This document shows positions 38,600 to 47,705 of a stretch of DNA of 64,000 nucleotides, in pieces (position 1 is the stretch's first letter; every line of letters starts with the position of its first letter). The notes under the pieces are model-generated. The model searched no databases. It saw nothing but the letters and a program-made list of their open reading frames with translations, and was not told the DNA's origin. The stretch is taken from NCBI GenBank assembly GCA_021794205.1, contig JAJYRH010000010.1:5566-69565 (forward strand), in the 5' to 3' direction. The DNA comes from a bacterium (GTDB lineage: Bacteria > Vulcanimicrobiota > Vulcanimicrobiia > Vulcanimicrobiales > Vulcanimicrobiaceae). Made by a program: the position numbers and the translations under genes.

Positions 38600-41500
38600 A
38601 TGAATCGCGCCGTTCTCTCCGCCATCGCTTTCGCGCTCGCTGCTGCCCTCGTTCCCGCCTGGGTCGTCGCGCAAAGCTCGGGCGGTACGATCGCCATTAC
38701 GGTGACCGATGCAAAGACGAAGAACCCCGTCGCGCTCGCACGCGTGGTGCTCGACGGGCCGATTCTCGCGAGCGAAAATGCTACGAGCGCCGGAAAGGTC
38801 ACCTTTACCGAGGCGCCGTCCGGAATCTATCGCGCGCGCGTCTTCGCACGCGGATATCGCGCGGTCACTTCGGCTCCCTTCGAGGTGCTCGACGGCGAGC
38901 GCGTGAACCTCGAGGTCGCGCTCGCTCCGAGCAGCGACTTGCACGTCATCGCCGTCGTTCATTCGGTTTCGAGCGTCCGCATCAGTACGAACTCGATCGA
39001 CGCGAACTCCGCCCAGCGTAAGCTCTCCGGCGATCTCGCCGATGCGCTCTCGAAACTCTCGGGCGTCAGCATTACCTCGAGCAGCGACGACACCGATGCC
39101 GCACAGACGATCTCGCTCGACGGCCACGACGCAAGCCAGACCGCGATGACGCTCGACGGCATTCCGCTCAACGCGCCGGGAAGCGCGGGCGATCTGCGGA
39201 TGTTTGCGAGCGATCTTTTTACCGGCGCAGCGGTACGCCACGGGCCGCAGATCGGTGGGCTCGGCGGCGGCGTCGATTTTCGAACCCTCGAACCGACGCT
39301 CTCCTGGCAGAGCCAGGGCACGCTCGCGACGGGAAGTAACGGGCGCAACAATGAGTCGTTGGGGATCAGCGGTTCGTTGGGAAATCTCGGGATCGCGGCG
39401 ATGAGTACCACGCGCACGAACCCGAGCCTCGCCGACGGCATGCGCTACCTCGACGCGAGCGGACTCGATTACGTCCACGACGGCGGCCGCTGGGTCGCCG
39501 GGGATCTGCTCAAAGCGAACCTGCGTCTCCCGGGCGATCAGACGCTCGCAGCGAGTTTTATCAACTCGACGCGCAGTATCGGGTTGCTCTGTCTGCGCGT
39601 CACGGCGGCGTTGCCCTGCGGCTACGGCCCTGGGAATGACGTCTCGGGCAGCTTCTCGCTCTATTCGCTCGGCGACCAGCTCTTAACCGGTGCGACGGCG
39701 ATCTCGGCGACGCTCTACGGCACCGTCGGCAGCAATCTTTTCGACCTACGGAATCGCTTCGTCGACGGCGTCGCATCGCCGGCGGGGAGCAGCATGCAGA
39801 TGCGTTCGACCGGGTTTACGATCTCCGCCGAGCTTCCGGCGATGCGCAAGCATACGCTCTCGATCCTCGCATACGATACCAACTCCTCGCAGGTATCGAC
39901 GCCGCTCGTTACCAGCAACGCCGCATTCTATAGCGCGCAGCGGCACGGCAGTTACGGCGCCTTGCAACTCACCGATCGCATTCGGGCGAACGACCGCCTC
40001 GCGTTGAATGCATCGTTGGGCCTGACGCACGCGAGCTCTAGCGGCGGAAGCGCGCTGGGCAGCATCGGTGCGAGTTGGCGCGCGTCGGCGAACGATAGCT
40101 ATGCGATCTCGTACGCGCTCTCGGGGAGCGCACCGAATTTCGGCCGGAGCCGTGCGTTGAGCGATCCCGCCTCGCTGCAGTTCGATTGCCAGGGGAGCGA
40201 GAGCGTCGGATACGGGGTCGCGCCCGGGGATCAACCCGGCGCGAGTTCTTCCTCCTCGCTCGACGCGAGCGTCACCCATCGCTTCGCGCGCAGCGCGCTC
40301 TCGCTCGCCCTCTATCGCCAGGTGCAGAGCGGCGTCGTGCTGCCGACCCAGGTCAACGGCAGCGTTCTTCTCGCCGACGGAACGCTCTCGCCGAGCTATC
40401 TCGCGCTGGTGGAGGGCGCCTATGCATCGGCATCGGGATGCGGCGTCGGCGCGCCGCCGATCGCCGCGTCGCAACTCTATTTCGCCACGCCGGTTGGCGG
40501 CGTCACGCGCATCTATTCCGGCGCCGATCTCACCGGGTTCGTGCAAATCGGGAACCTCGTCGCCGAACCGTTCTTCGATATTACCTCCACCACGCTGCGC
40601 TCCAACGATCCGCGCATCGATAACCCGTTCGCCATTGCGATCTCGGGAGCTCAAGCACCGAACGTCCCATTACATCGAGCAGGACTCACGCTCGATTATC
40701 GCGCTCCCCATTCCGCGGTGGAATGGCTCGCCGACGCACAGTACACCGGGGCGAATAATCCGAACAATCTCCCCGCCTACACCACCTACGATGCGGCCGC
40801 AAACGTGAAATTCACCCGCGGTACGCTAACGATTGCGGCGAGTAATATCACCGATGCGTACGCCGGGATCTTTGCGAGTTCGCAGTACGCGGTTCCGTAC
40901 ACGACCCTCGGGGGAACGGAGGTTCCGACGATCGCACGGCCGCTCGCTCCGCGCTCCTATAGCGTCACCTACTCCTTTGCGGTCGGCCGCCACGCCGTTC
41001 TCTCGCTCCCGAGCCCCGCGCGCGGCGGGCCGCGCCGGCGGGGGCCCTTCGCGCGCTTTACGGCGCTGCCGGCTGCGGCGCCGAGCGATCCCTACGCACT
41101 GGCGGCATCGGCGTTCTGCACGCCCGACCGCGCGCGCGTCGCGCGCGGTGTGTTCGATGCATTGCGCGCGCAGGTCGCGCGGGTAGAGAAGGCGCGCGCC
41201 GCTTCGCCTACTGCGGCGATCGTTCTCTCCTCGCCGGCGGGCGTGACCTTTACCTACCATCCGCTGGCGACGGGATACGCCGTGTCGATCGCTCCGACGA
41301 AGATCGATGACGTTCGCGCGCTCTTTACCTGCGCGACGATCCACCGAACCGATGCCGCGATCGCCGCCGGGCGAGGGCTCTACGTTGCTCCGCCGGCGAG
41401 CTTCTTCCGGCCGGAGATTTCATTTTCGCCGAGCGTGGGACTCTATTTTATCCGTCGGCAGCCGCAGCCCGGGAAAGAAAATTTCCGCGTCTTCACGCTC

Positions 41501-41881
41501 GCGGCGCAGGCCCCGAAAGAACCATTCGCCGCGATCGCCGGGCCGCAGTGTACCACCGCTCTGCGCGATGTTGCGATACAGAGCCTCGACGATCTGCGCG
41601 CGCATTTTACGGCGGCAACGCCATCGACGCGCTGGCAGATCGTCGCACACGGGTCGGGAGCGAAGCGATGGTTCGCGCTGACCCCCAACGATCTCGGCGA
41701 TTTCGGCGCACTCATGGCCTGCGCCCACGTTGCAGCGGCGACCGCCGTGCAATTGCAGGCGCGTGGGCTCGGTGGCACGCCGCCCCCAGAGCTGAATTAC
41801 GCCCCCTCGATCGGGCTCTATATCGAGCGGCGCACTCCGCCGCCACCGCCGGGAGGGGCGCCTCCGCCGAACGGCGCATGA
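38600..41881 (+). CDS. TonB-dependent-receptor-like outer-membrane protein with an N-terminal CarboxypepD_reg-like domain and a ~300-aa C-terminal extension
   Basis: Signal peptide; GTIAITVTDAKTKNPVALARVVL (carboxypeptidase-regulatory-like); plug-like ISLDGHDASQTAMTLDGIPLNAPGS...FRTLEP; a long beta-rich region ending in the barrel-terminus-like RSYSVTYSF (ends at 40978); then a duplicated ~130-aa module and a Pro-rich tail. Confidence 0.6.
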   Translation: MNRAVLSAIAFALAAALVPAWVVAQSSGGTIAITVTDAKTKNPVALARVVLDGPILASENATSAGKVTFTEAPSGIYRARVFARGYRAVTSAPFEVLDGERVNLEVALAPSSDLHVIAVVHSVSSVRISTNSIDANSAQRKLSGDLADALSKLSGVSITSSSDDTDAAQTISLDGHDASQTAMTLDGIPLNAPGSAGDLRMFASDLFTGAAVRHGPQIGGLGGGVDFRTLEPTLSWQSQGTLATGSNGRNNESLGISGSLGNLGIAAMSTTRTNPSLADGMRYLDASGLDYVHDGGRWVAGDLLKANLRLPGDQTLAASFINSTRSIGLLCLRVTAALPCGYGPGNDVSGSFSLYSLGDQLLTGATAISATLYGTVGSNLFDLRNRFVDGVASPAGSSMQMRSTGFTISAELPAMRKHTLSILAYDTNSSQVSTPLVTSNAAFYSAQRHGSYGALQLTDRIRANDRLALNASLGLTHASSSGGSALGSIGASWRASANDSYAISYALSGSAPNFGRSRALSDPASLQFDCQGSESVGYGVAPGDQPGASSSSSLDASVTHRFARSALSLALYRQVQSGVVLPTQVNGSVLLADGTLSPSYLALVEGAYASASGCGVGAPPIAASQLYFATPVGGVTRIYSGADLTGFVQIGNLVAEPFFDITSTTLRSNDPRIDNPFAIAISGAQAPNVPLHRAGLTLDYRAPHSAVEWLADAQYTGANNPNNLPAYTTYDAAANVKFTRGTLTIAASNITDAYAGIFASSQYAVPYTTLGGTEVPTIARPLAPRSYSVTYSFAVGRHAVLSLPSPARGGPRRRGPFARFTALPAAAPSDPYALAASAFCTPDRARVARGVFDALRAQVARVEKARAASPTAAIVLSSPAGVTFTYHPLATGYAVSIAPTKIDDVRALFTCATIHRTDAAIAAGRGLYVAPPASFFRPEISFSPSVGLYFIRRQPQPGKENFRVFTLAAQAPKEPFAAIAGPQCTTALRDVAIQSLDDLRAHFTAATPSTRWQIVAHGSGAKRWFALTPNDLGDFGALMACAHVAAATAVQLQARGLGGTPPPELNYAPSIGLYIERRTPPPPPGGAPPPNGA

Positions 41882-41888
41882 GCGAGCT

Positions 41889-42320
41889 ATGACGAAAGCG
41901 GAACTCTTTAGCGAATATGGCGCGTACCATCGCGACCCGCGCAATCGGCTCTGCCACTTCATCGGCATTCCGACAGTCGTGCTCGGCCTCATCGCGATAA
42001 CCGGAACGCTCCGGCTCGGGCCGATCGATCTCGCGCTCGTCTTGCTCGTAGCGACGCTCGCGTATTATGCGACGATCGATTTTCTCGGCACGCTGCTCTC
42101 GGCGATCGCGTTCGCGATTCTGTATGCGCTCGGATCGCATCTCGGTTGGCAGATTGGTTTGGCGGCCTTCGTTATCGGTTGGGGCTTCCAACTCGTCGGC
42201 CATCGCTTCGAAGGCAGCAAACCGAAATTTCTGGAGAACGTCATCTACCTTCTGATTGGGCCGATCTACATCTTCGAGGAGTGGTTCGAGATGGCGACCC
42301 GCCGAGGCGGCGCGGTGTAA
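41889..42320 (+). CDS. DUF962 / Mpo1-like membrane protein
   Basis: YHRDPRNRLCHFIGIPTVVLG ... GHRFEGSKPKFLENVIYLLIGPIYIFEEW matches the DUF962 (YGL010w-like) pattern. Confidence 0.6.
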   Translation: MTKAELFSEYGAYHRDPRNRLCHFIGIPTVVLGLIAITGTLRLGPIDLALVLLVATLAYYATIDFLGTLLSAIAFAILYALGSHLGWQIGLAAFVIGWGFQLVGHRFEGSKPKFLENVIYLLIGPIYIFEEWFEMATRRGGAV

Positions 42321-42394
42321 GAGCGCGAGTGGTGAGGCAGCCAAGGTGCTCGGCGTGCAGAGCAATCGGCATTTCGGGTAAAAACGGCGTTTTC

Positions 42395-42887
42395 ATACCA
42401 GAGCCGATCGGGGGCAGAGGCGGTGACTTTTCGGTTGACCAAGTCGGGCGCCGGTCGTGCCTCCTTGTCGCGGATCGTCGTATTCAAAGCCGTACGACGG
42501 CTGGCGTCCTGAATGTTGCGCTCGCGCGTGAATCTCGCCACACGCTTATCGCTTACGAAGATCTTCTCATCGCGAAGATCGGCTTGGATACGCGGGCGTC
42601 CGTAGTTTTCGAGCGATGCTCGATGCAAAGCGACCATATGATCGCGAGCGAACCTGGCTGCGGCTTTTCCCAAACTTTCGTGCTCGATCTTGAGCTGTCG
42701 GTTTTCCTTGCGAAGCTCCGCAAGATCTTCATGCTCGGCGGTCGTCAAGCCCTCGCTGCGGCGTTCGGTGTTCAAATCGGCTTATTCGATCCACTCCCGA
42801 AACGTCTGCCCCGCGAGCTTGAACTCCGCCTCGACAACATTCTTCCGGAAGCCCGCCGGGTACGGGTGGGTGTGTTTTCTGGCCATG
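42395..42887 (-). pseudogene. IS3-family transposase relic (OrfA remnant plus the N-terminal part of OrfB; DDE core missing)
   Basis: Minus-strand reading from ATG 42887 gives MARKHTHPYPAGFRKNVVEAEF...REWIE, then a stop, then LTTAEHEDLAELRKENRQLKIEHESLGKAAARFA and ENYGRPRIQADLRDEKIFVSDKRVARFTRERNIQ...PAPDLVNRKVTASAPDRLWY. Family similarity ends at ~42395, before the catalytic domain. Confidence 0.7.
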
Positions 42888-42956
42888 GGCGGACCTTTCT
42901 CAGCCAAGCGAAGAGTATCCACGGAACCGGGCCAGCTTCAGCTCTGAACGAAAAAC

Positions 42957-43700
42957 TTAACCGTGCGTGCTTATGTCTTTTACTGCTTTGCCGTGCTTAT
43001 CGAGAAATTCGATCTTAGCGCGGCCATTCGACGTAACGATAAAGGCGAGTCGTGGTCGCCCCTGAGCGTCCGCCAGGTAGAGAACCGATCGACCGTCCTC
43101 CGTAAGGCCTGTGAACATGCGAAGGTGCCCAAATGCGCCCTCGTTGCGAAGTTTAGCGAGCGCTGCCGCGCGTGCAGATGAACCCTTCGGAAGTCGAAGA
43201 GCCGCATGAATAGCGGGGCGGAATGCTGCAATTGGGGCATTTGCCTGCTGCGTAACCATGAGCCCCTCGCTGCGGTTCGCGCCATTACGGCTGTAGACCA
43301 ACTGCACCGCTTCGTTGCTCTCGAAGTCGTCAAAATTTAGCATCGATTGGGCAACGGGTACTCCGGCGATCTTTCGGCCCTTCAAAACGATACCGCCGCT
43401 TTCGTCTCCCCGATCGTTATAGAAAAGAATACCGGCAAGGCCATGATTGTCTCGGCTTCCGGTGGGTTTGCCATGCTCTAGAGGCGGCGGGAAATTATCC
43501 TTGTTGGCCAGCACCATGCGTAGGACACCGTCGTTGTCAACGATATTAATGCGGTGAACGGTTATCTCGTTGAAAGACGCAGCGTTTGTCATATAACCTG
43601 CCGTGCCAAGCAATGCCAGGCTGAATAACGCAGTAGCTCCAACGATGAGGAGCCGAAGCCGCCGCACTTCTTTGCGCAGTGATACAACTTCCATTTCCAT
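42957..43700 (-). CDS. Membrane-anchored hypothetical protein (247 aa) in a lower-GC islet
   Basis: One N-terminal TM segment (LLIVGATALFSLALLGTAGY). Recurrent I-x-I-V-D-x-D-G-type beta-strand motifs. No family recognised. Local composition is visibly less GC-rich than the flanks. Confidence 0.5.
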   Translation of the reverse strand: MEMEVVSLRKEVRRLRLLIVGATALFSLALLGTAGYMTNAASFNEITVHRINIVDNDGVLRMVLANKDNFPPPLEHGKPTGSRDNHGLAGILFYNDRGDESGGIVLKGRKIAGVPVAQSMLNFDDFESNEAVQLVYSRNGANRSEGLMVTQQANAPIAAFRPAIHAALRLPKGSSARAAALAKLRNEGAFGHLRMFTGLTEDGRSVLYLADAQGRPRLAFIVTSNGRAKIEFLDKHGKAVKDISTHG

Positions 43701-44004
43701 GTCAGAACGCTTTCAAAGCGTCGCTCTAGTTTACCCTTCACTGCGGGTCGCTATCGCATCGATCCGGCCATTGGACTCCCTTCGACGAAAAGCAGTCGGC
43801 CTGATACGCGACTGGGCCAGAATCACGGATAGATGTGCAGGGGGCAATGAAGGCGCGTGGGCTCAGACGTAGCTCCGAGGAGCGGGCTGACGATACAGGG
43901 GAGCCCCATGGCGGCGCATCTCGCGCGCCCCGGCTCCTCTGGAGAGTCGGCAGCCTCGCATCGGTCCCAACCCCCGTGGGGCTGCTCGCCCGCGCTTGAG
44001 GCGA

Positions 44005-44034
44005 TTGCAGAGGAGCCCTCTTTTGTGCTATGGT
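44005..44034 (+). promoter_or_regulatory. Candidate promoter with extended -10 (TTGCAG-18-TGcTATGGT)
   Basis: Hexamer match by eye, ~95 nt upstream of the zinc-ribbon gene. The leader contains a CGGGGA-tact-CCCCG hairpin. Confidence 0.35.
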
Positions 44035-44130
44035 GGCGCCCGGGGATACTCCCCGATAGGTTTCGAAGTCCGCGGGTCCGGTTTTACATGGCGTACCAGG
44101 CGAGTCGAAGAAACGTGTTCTTACTAGGAA

Positions 44131-44481
44131 ATGGAAAGGTCTCGTCTAGTGTACGTTGATGAAATGCTGAACTGCGTTGATTGCGGCAGCAAATTCGCGT
44201 TTACCGCTGGAGAACAGCGGTTTTACGAACAAAAAGGGTTCCAGAATAAACCCAACCGGTGTCTGGATTGTCGCCAAGCGCGTAAAGCGCAGCGCGGCAG
44301 TGCGGGCGGCGGCAGTGGTGCTGGCATGGGCGGTGGCGCAGGTCGCCAGCGCGAAATGTTCACCGCAACCTGCAACGGGTGCGGCGGCGTCGCCGAAGTG
44401 CCCTTCAATCCGCGCGGCGATAAGCCCGTGTACTGCCGCGACTGCTTCCAGTCGCAGCGGAGCGCTCCCAGCTACCGTTAA
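44131..44481 (+). CDS. Double zinc-ribbon protein (CxxC...CxxC twice)
   Basis: LNCVDCGSKFAFTAGEQRFYEQKGFQNKPNRCLDCRQ, then a Gly-rich linker, then CNGCGGVAEVPFNPRGDKPVYCRDCF. The start may be ATG 44164. Confidence 0.6.
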   Translation: MERSRLVYVDEMLNCVDCGSKFAFTAGEQRFYEQKGFQNKPNRCLDCRQARKAQRGSAGGGSGAGMGGGAGRQREMFTATCNGCGGVAEVPFNPRGDKPVYCRDCFQSQRSAPSYR

Positions 44482-45962
44482 TCGGTCGTAGGAGCTTCGA
44501 AAGACGAGTTCGCCATCGGCGGGCTCGTCTTCGTTTTTGGGGCGAGCCATTCGACGAGCGCGACGACGAGCAGGTTTGCGATCAACCCGCCGAAACCGGG
44601 ATTGAAGCCGAGATGGGCGAGCACGTAGGTCAGCAACGCCGCAGTCACGACCCCCGCCGCAAGGCCGAGCGTCACCGCGATGCCGCGCAACCGTAGGCCG
44701 AATGCCGCTCCGACGACGCCGGGCAGAAACTGCGTGATCCCGCTGTAATAGACCAGCAAGAGTGATCCGAGCGTCTCCGGTGCGAGCCACCAGGCGAGTA
44801 ACGCCGCTGCGGAGATCGCGATCACCGCCACGCGCATCGCCATGGTTTCGTGTCGCTCGTCGATGCGACCGGGGAAGGCCGGGCGCACGATATTGCGCAC
44901 CACGATCGCCGCCGAGGCCAAAATGAGTGCCGAGGATGGCACCAGCGCCGCGAGCGCTCCGGCGCCGGCGACGAAGCCCATCACCCAGGGCGGATAGTAG
45001 CGCGCGATGACGAGCAAAAACGATTGGTCGGCGGCGTGACCGTGCAGCCCCGGCACCAGCAATAGCGCCGCGTAGCCGGCGAAGAAGATGACGATCAACA
45101 CGATCGAGTAGAGCGGCAAGAGCATGGCATTCCGCCGCAGCGTGTTGTCGCTGCGCGCGGAGAACGTCGCGGCGATCGAATGCGGACCCATGTAAAAACC
45201 AATGCCGGTAAACAACACCGTCGTAATGAACCACACTTGCCCGAACGGTGCATCGCCGGTCGGAAGCGTGAGCAGCGCGGCATTCGTGCGTTGCAGTTGC
45301 GCGAACATTCCGCCGAGCGAGCCGAAGAAGTGGATCGGCAGGGCGATGCCGGCGAAGAGCACGACCGCGAGCACCAAGCCGTCCTTCACTAAGCTCGCCC
45401 ACGCCGTGCCGCGCAGCCCTGCGGTGAACGTGAAGAGCGCGATCGCCGTAAAGGCGACCGCCGCGCCGATCGCTCCATCGAGCCAGCCGTATCCCGCGCT
45501 CGAGAGCACGATCTGCAGTCCGCTGAGTTGGAGCGTCACGTACGGCAGCGCGAGGATCACGTAGAGGATCGCCGCGAGCACGCCGAGCCGCGGGCTGCGA
45601 TAATAATTTGCAAGCAGATCGGGCGCCGTGACGAGGCCGCGCTCGGCGCCGAGGCGCCGAATGCGCGGGAGCAACGCGTAGCCCACGAGGTAGCCGATCG
45701 CGCCGTACGCCGGAATGTAATACGCTGCGGCACCATGCAGATAGACCCAGCCTGCGGCCCCAAGAAAGGTGAAGGCGGTGTAGATCTCACCCGCGAGCAG
45801 CACCCACAGAAAGATGGTGCCGAAACTCCGTCCGCCGATCGCGTATTCGGTGGGGTCGACGCGGCCGCGCTTGAGATTGAGCAACGCGAAGGCGATCGTC
45901 CCGGCGATCACCACGGCGACGATGGAGAGTGCGATGCGCCCTGCGAGCGCCGACGAAAGCAT
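44478..45962 (-). CDS. Sodium:solute symporter family (SSF) transporter
   Basis: This is the last 494 codons of the 1181-aa track ORF, starting MLSSALAGRIALSIV. It is multi-TM with GGRSFGTIFLWVLLAGEIYTAFTFLGAAG, typical of SSF. The ATG overlaps the stop of the DUF3311 gene (TAATG). Confidence 0.85.
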   Translation of the reverse strand: MLSSALAGRIALSIVAVVIAGTIAFALLNLKRGRVDPTEYAIGGRSFGTIFLWVLLAGEIYTAFTFLGAAGWVYLHGAAAYYIPAYGAIGYLVGYALLPRIRRLGAERGLVTAPDLLANYYRSPRLGVLAAILYVILALPYVTLQLSGLQIVLSSAGYGWLDGAIGAAVAFTAIALFTFTAGLRGTAWASLVKDGLVLAVVLFAGIALPIHFFGSLGGMFAQLQRTNAALLTLPTGDAPFGQVWFITTVLFTGIGFYMGPHSIAATFSARSDNTLRRNAMLLPLYSIVLIVIFFAGYAALLLVPGLHGHAADQSFLLVIARYYPPWVMGFVAGAGALAALVPSSALILASAAIVVRNIVRPAFPGRIDERHETMAMRVAVIAISAAALLAWWLAPETLGSLLLVYYSGITQFLPGVVGAAFGLRLRGIAVTLGLAAGVVTAALLTYVLAHLGFNPGFGGLIANLLVVALVEWLAPKTKTSPPMANSSFEAPTTD

Positions 45963-46165
45963 TAGGTTTTTACGTTCCGCAGCCGCTCGATCGCCAACAG
46001 GCAGAGCGGCGTCAGCAGAATCCAGAGAATGATCCAGGCGAGGTTGAGCGGCAGTCCCACGATGCGGGGCTCGACATGGTTGAGCAACGGGGTGCCGACG
46101 GCGAAGGCGAGCACCGGTAGCAGAGCGATGGCGATGCGAAGTGCGCGGAGCCGCCAAGAGTTCAT
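45962..46165 (-). CDS. Small DUF3311-like membrane protein (SSF partner)
   Basis: 67 aa with two TM segments and a GLPLNLAWIILW motif, immediately upstream of and coupled to the SSF gene. A paralogous pair lies at 54802-56465. Confidence 0.65.
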   Translation of the reverse strand: MNSWRLRALRIAIALLPVLAFAVGTPLLNHVEPRIVGLPLNLAWIILWILLTPLCLLAIERLRNVKT

Positions 46166-46190
46166 CGCCTCTGGCTTGTATAGAACGGGT

Positions 46191-47705
46191 ATGGAAACCT
46201 ACGACGCGCTCGTGATTGGGAGCGGGCATAACGGCTTGGCCGCCGCCGCACTGCTCGGTGAAGCCGGCCTTCGGGTTCTTATCCTCGAGCGCTCCGAGCG
46301 TATCGGCGGCGCCACGGTGAGCGAGCGCGACCGCTGGCCGGGCTATACGATCTCGGCGGCGAGCTACGTCTGCAGCCTGCTCGACCCCTGGCTGATCGAT
46401 CGGCTCGATCTGCGCGCGCACGGCTACGATGCCTACCGCAAGGATCCCGCGTCCTTTACACCGCTGCTCGATGGGCGCTCGCTCTTGCTCGGCGCCGACG
46501 ACGAGAAAAACGCCGCGGAGATCGCACGCTTCGATTCCGCCGATATCGCAGGCTTTGCCGCCTTCGAACGCGAGGCAACGGCGCTCGGTTCGGCGCTCTT
46601 CGAAAGCTTCGCGGATATGGAGCCGCGCTTCGATCGCTTCGATGCACACGTGCGCGCTGCATTGGAGGGGAGTGCCGCCGAGCTCGTGGAGCGACACGTG
46701 CGCACGCCGGTGCTCCAAGCGACGTTGGCGACCGATGGGCTGATCGGCACCTACCGGGGGCCGTTCGACGCCGGTACCGGATACGTACTCGCCCATCATT
46801 ACGCTGGGCGCGTCTTCGGCGTGCAAGGCGCGTGGGGCTTCGTGCGCGGCGGAATGGGCGCGATCTCGCAAGCACTGCTCTCGGCGGCGCAGGCGCGCGG
46901 TGCTCATGCGCTCACCGAAGCAAATGTCACGCGTTTGTTGCGTGATGGCGATTCCATCGTCGGCGCCGTTACCGCAGACGGGCGCGAGTTTCGCGCGCGC
47001 GCGGTGCTCTCGAACGCGCACCCGATAACGACCTTCCGCGATCTGCTCGGCGAAGAGCATCTCGACGATGCGAGCAAACGCAGGCTCGTAGCCTGGCAGA
47101 GCGTCGGGCCGGCGCTCAAACTCAATCTCGCTCTCGGCGAGCTGCCGAATTTTACTGCGCGCCCGGGGACGACGCCGCAATCCCATCATCGCGCGACGAT
47201 CCACGTCGCGCCGGATCTCCCGTTTTTGCAGCGGGCGCACGACGATGCGCGCCGTCTCGGCGAGAGCGAGGAGCCGATGCTCGAGTGCTTCATGCAGACG
47301 CCGACCGATCCCAGCCTCGCCCCGCAGGGAAAGCATATTCTCTCGATCTTCGCGCAGTATTTTCCCTACGATCGCCCCGATGGTTGGAGTGCGGCGCGGC
47401 GCGATACGGCCGCAAAGAAGATCGTCGCCATGCTCGCGCGCTACGCGCCGAATATTCCCAACGCGATCGAGGCGCAACAGTTGATGGCCGCTCCCGATCT
47501 CGAAGAGCGGTTCGGGCTCGTCGGCGGGCACATCTTTCACGGTGAGTTGCTCCCCGGGCAGATCTTCGAAGCGCGCTTCGGCGTGCGCGCGCCGGTGCGC
47601 GGGCTCTATCTCTGCGGTTCGGGGACGCATCCGGGCGGCTGCGTGAGCGGCTTTCCGGGGCGCCGCGCCGCGCAGGCGGTGCTCGCCGATCACGTCCTCG
47701 CATGA
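46191..47705 (+). CDS. Phytoene-desaturase-family (CrtI-like) NAD(P)/FAD-dependent oxidoreductase
   Basis: [38 protein letters not shown] dinucleotide motif and a C-terminal [17 protein letters not shown]. The start is set at ATG 46191, in frame with track ORF 46029..47705. Confidence 0.7.
   Translation: METYDALVIGSGHNGLAAAALLGEAGLRVLILERSERIGGATVSERDRWPGYTISAASYVCSLLDPWLIDRLDLRAHGYDAYRKDPASFTPLLDGRSLLLGADDEKNAAEIARFDSADIAGFAAFEREATALGSALFESFADMEPRFDRFDAHVRAALEGSAAELVERHVRTPVLQATLATDGLIGTYRGPFDAGTGYVLAHHYAGRVFGVQGAWGFVRGGMGAISQALLSAAQARGAHALTEANVTRLLRDGDSIVGAVTADGREFRARAVLSNAHPITTFRDLLGEEHLDDASKRRLVAWQSVGPALKLNLALGELPNFTARPGTTPQSHHRATIHVAPDLPFLQRAHDDARRLGESEEPMLECFMQTPTDPSLAPQGKHILSIFAQYFPYDRPDGWSAARRDTAAKKIVAMLARYAPNIPNAIEAQQLMAAPDLEERFGLVGGHIFHGELLPGQIFEARFGVRAPVRGLYLCGSGTHPGGCVSGFPGRRAAQAVLADHVLA

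Noticed and set aside
37067-39478. 803-aa minus-strand ORF
   Set aside because: Antisense to the histidine kinase and the TonB-dependent-receptor-like gene. Arg/Asp-rich composition with no recognisable domain.
42266-42775. Intact transposase gene (169-aa track ORF)
   Set aside because: The ORF is a fragment. Family similarity starts upstream in another piece separated by a stop codon, and it ends before the DDE catalytic domain. The 3' part of the ORF is unrelated read-through sequence.
43857-44159. 100-aa plus-strand ORF in the divergent intergenic region
   Set aside because: No RBS and no family resemblance. It overlaps the candidate promoter and 5' leader of the zinc-ribbon gene and runs into that gene in another frame. 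It is more likely non-coding.
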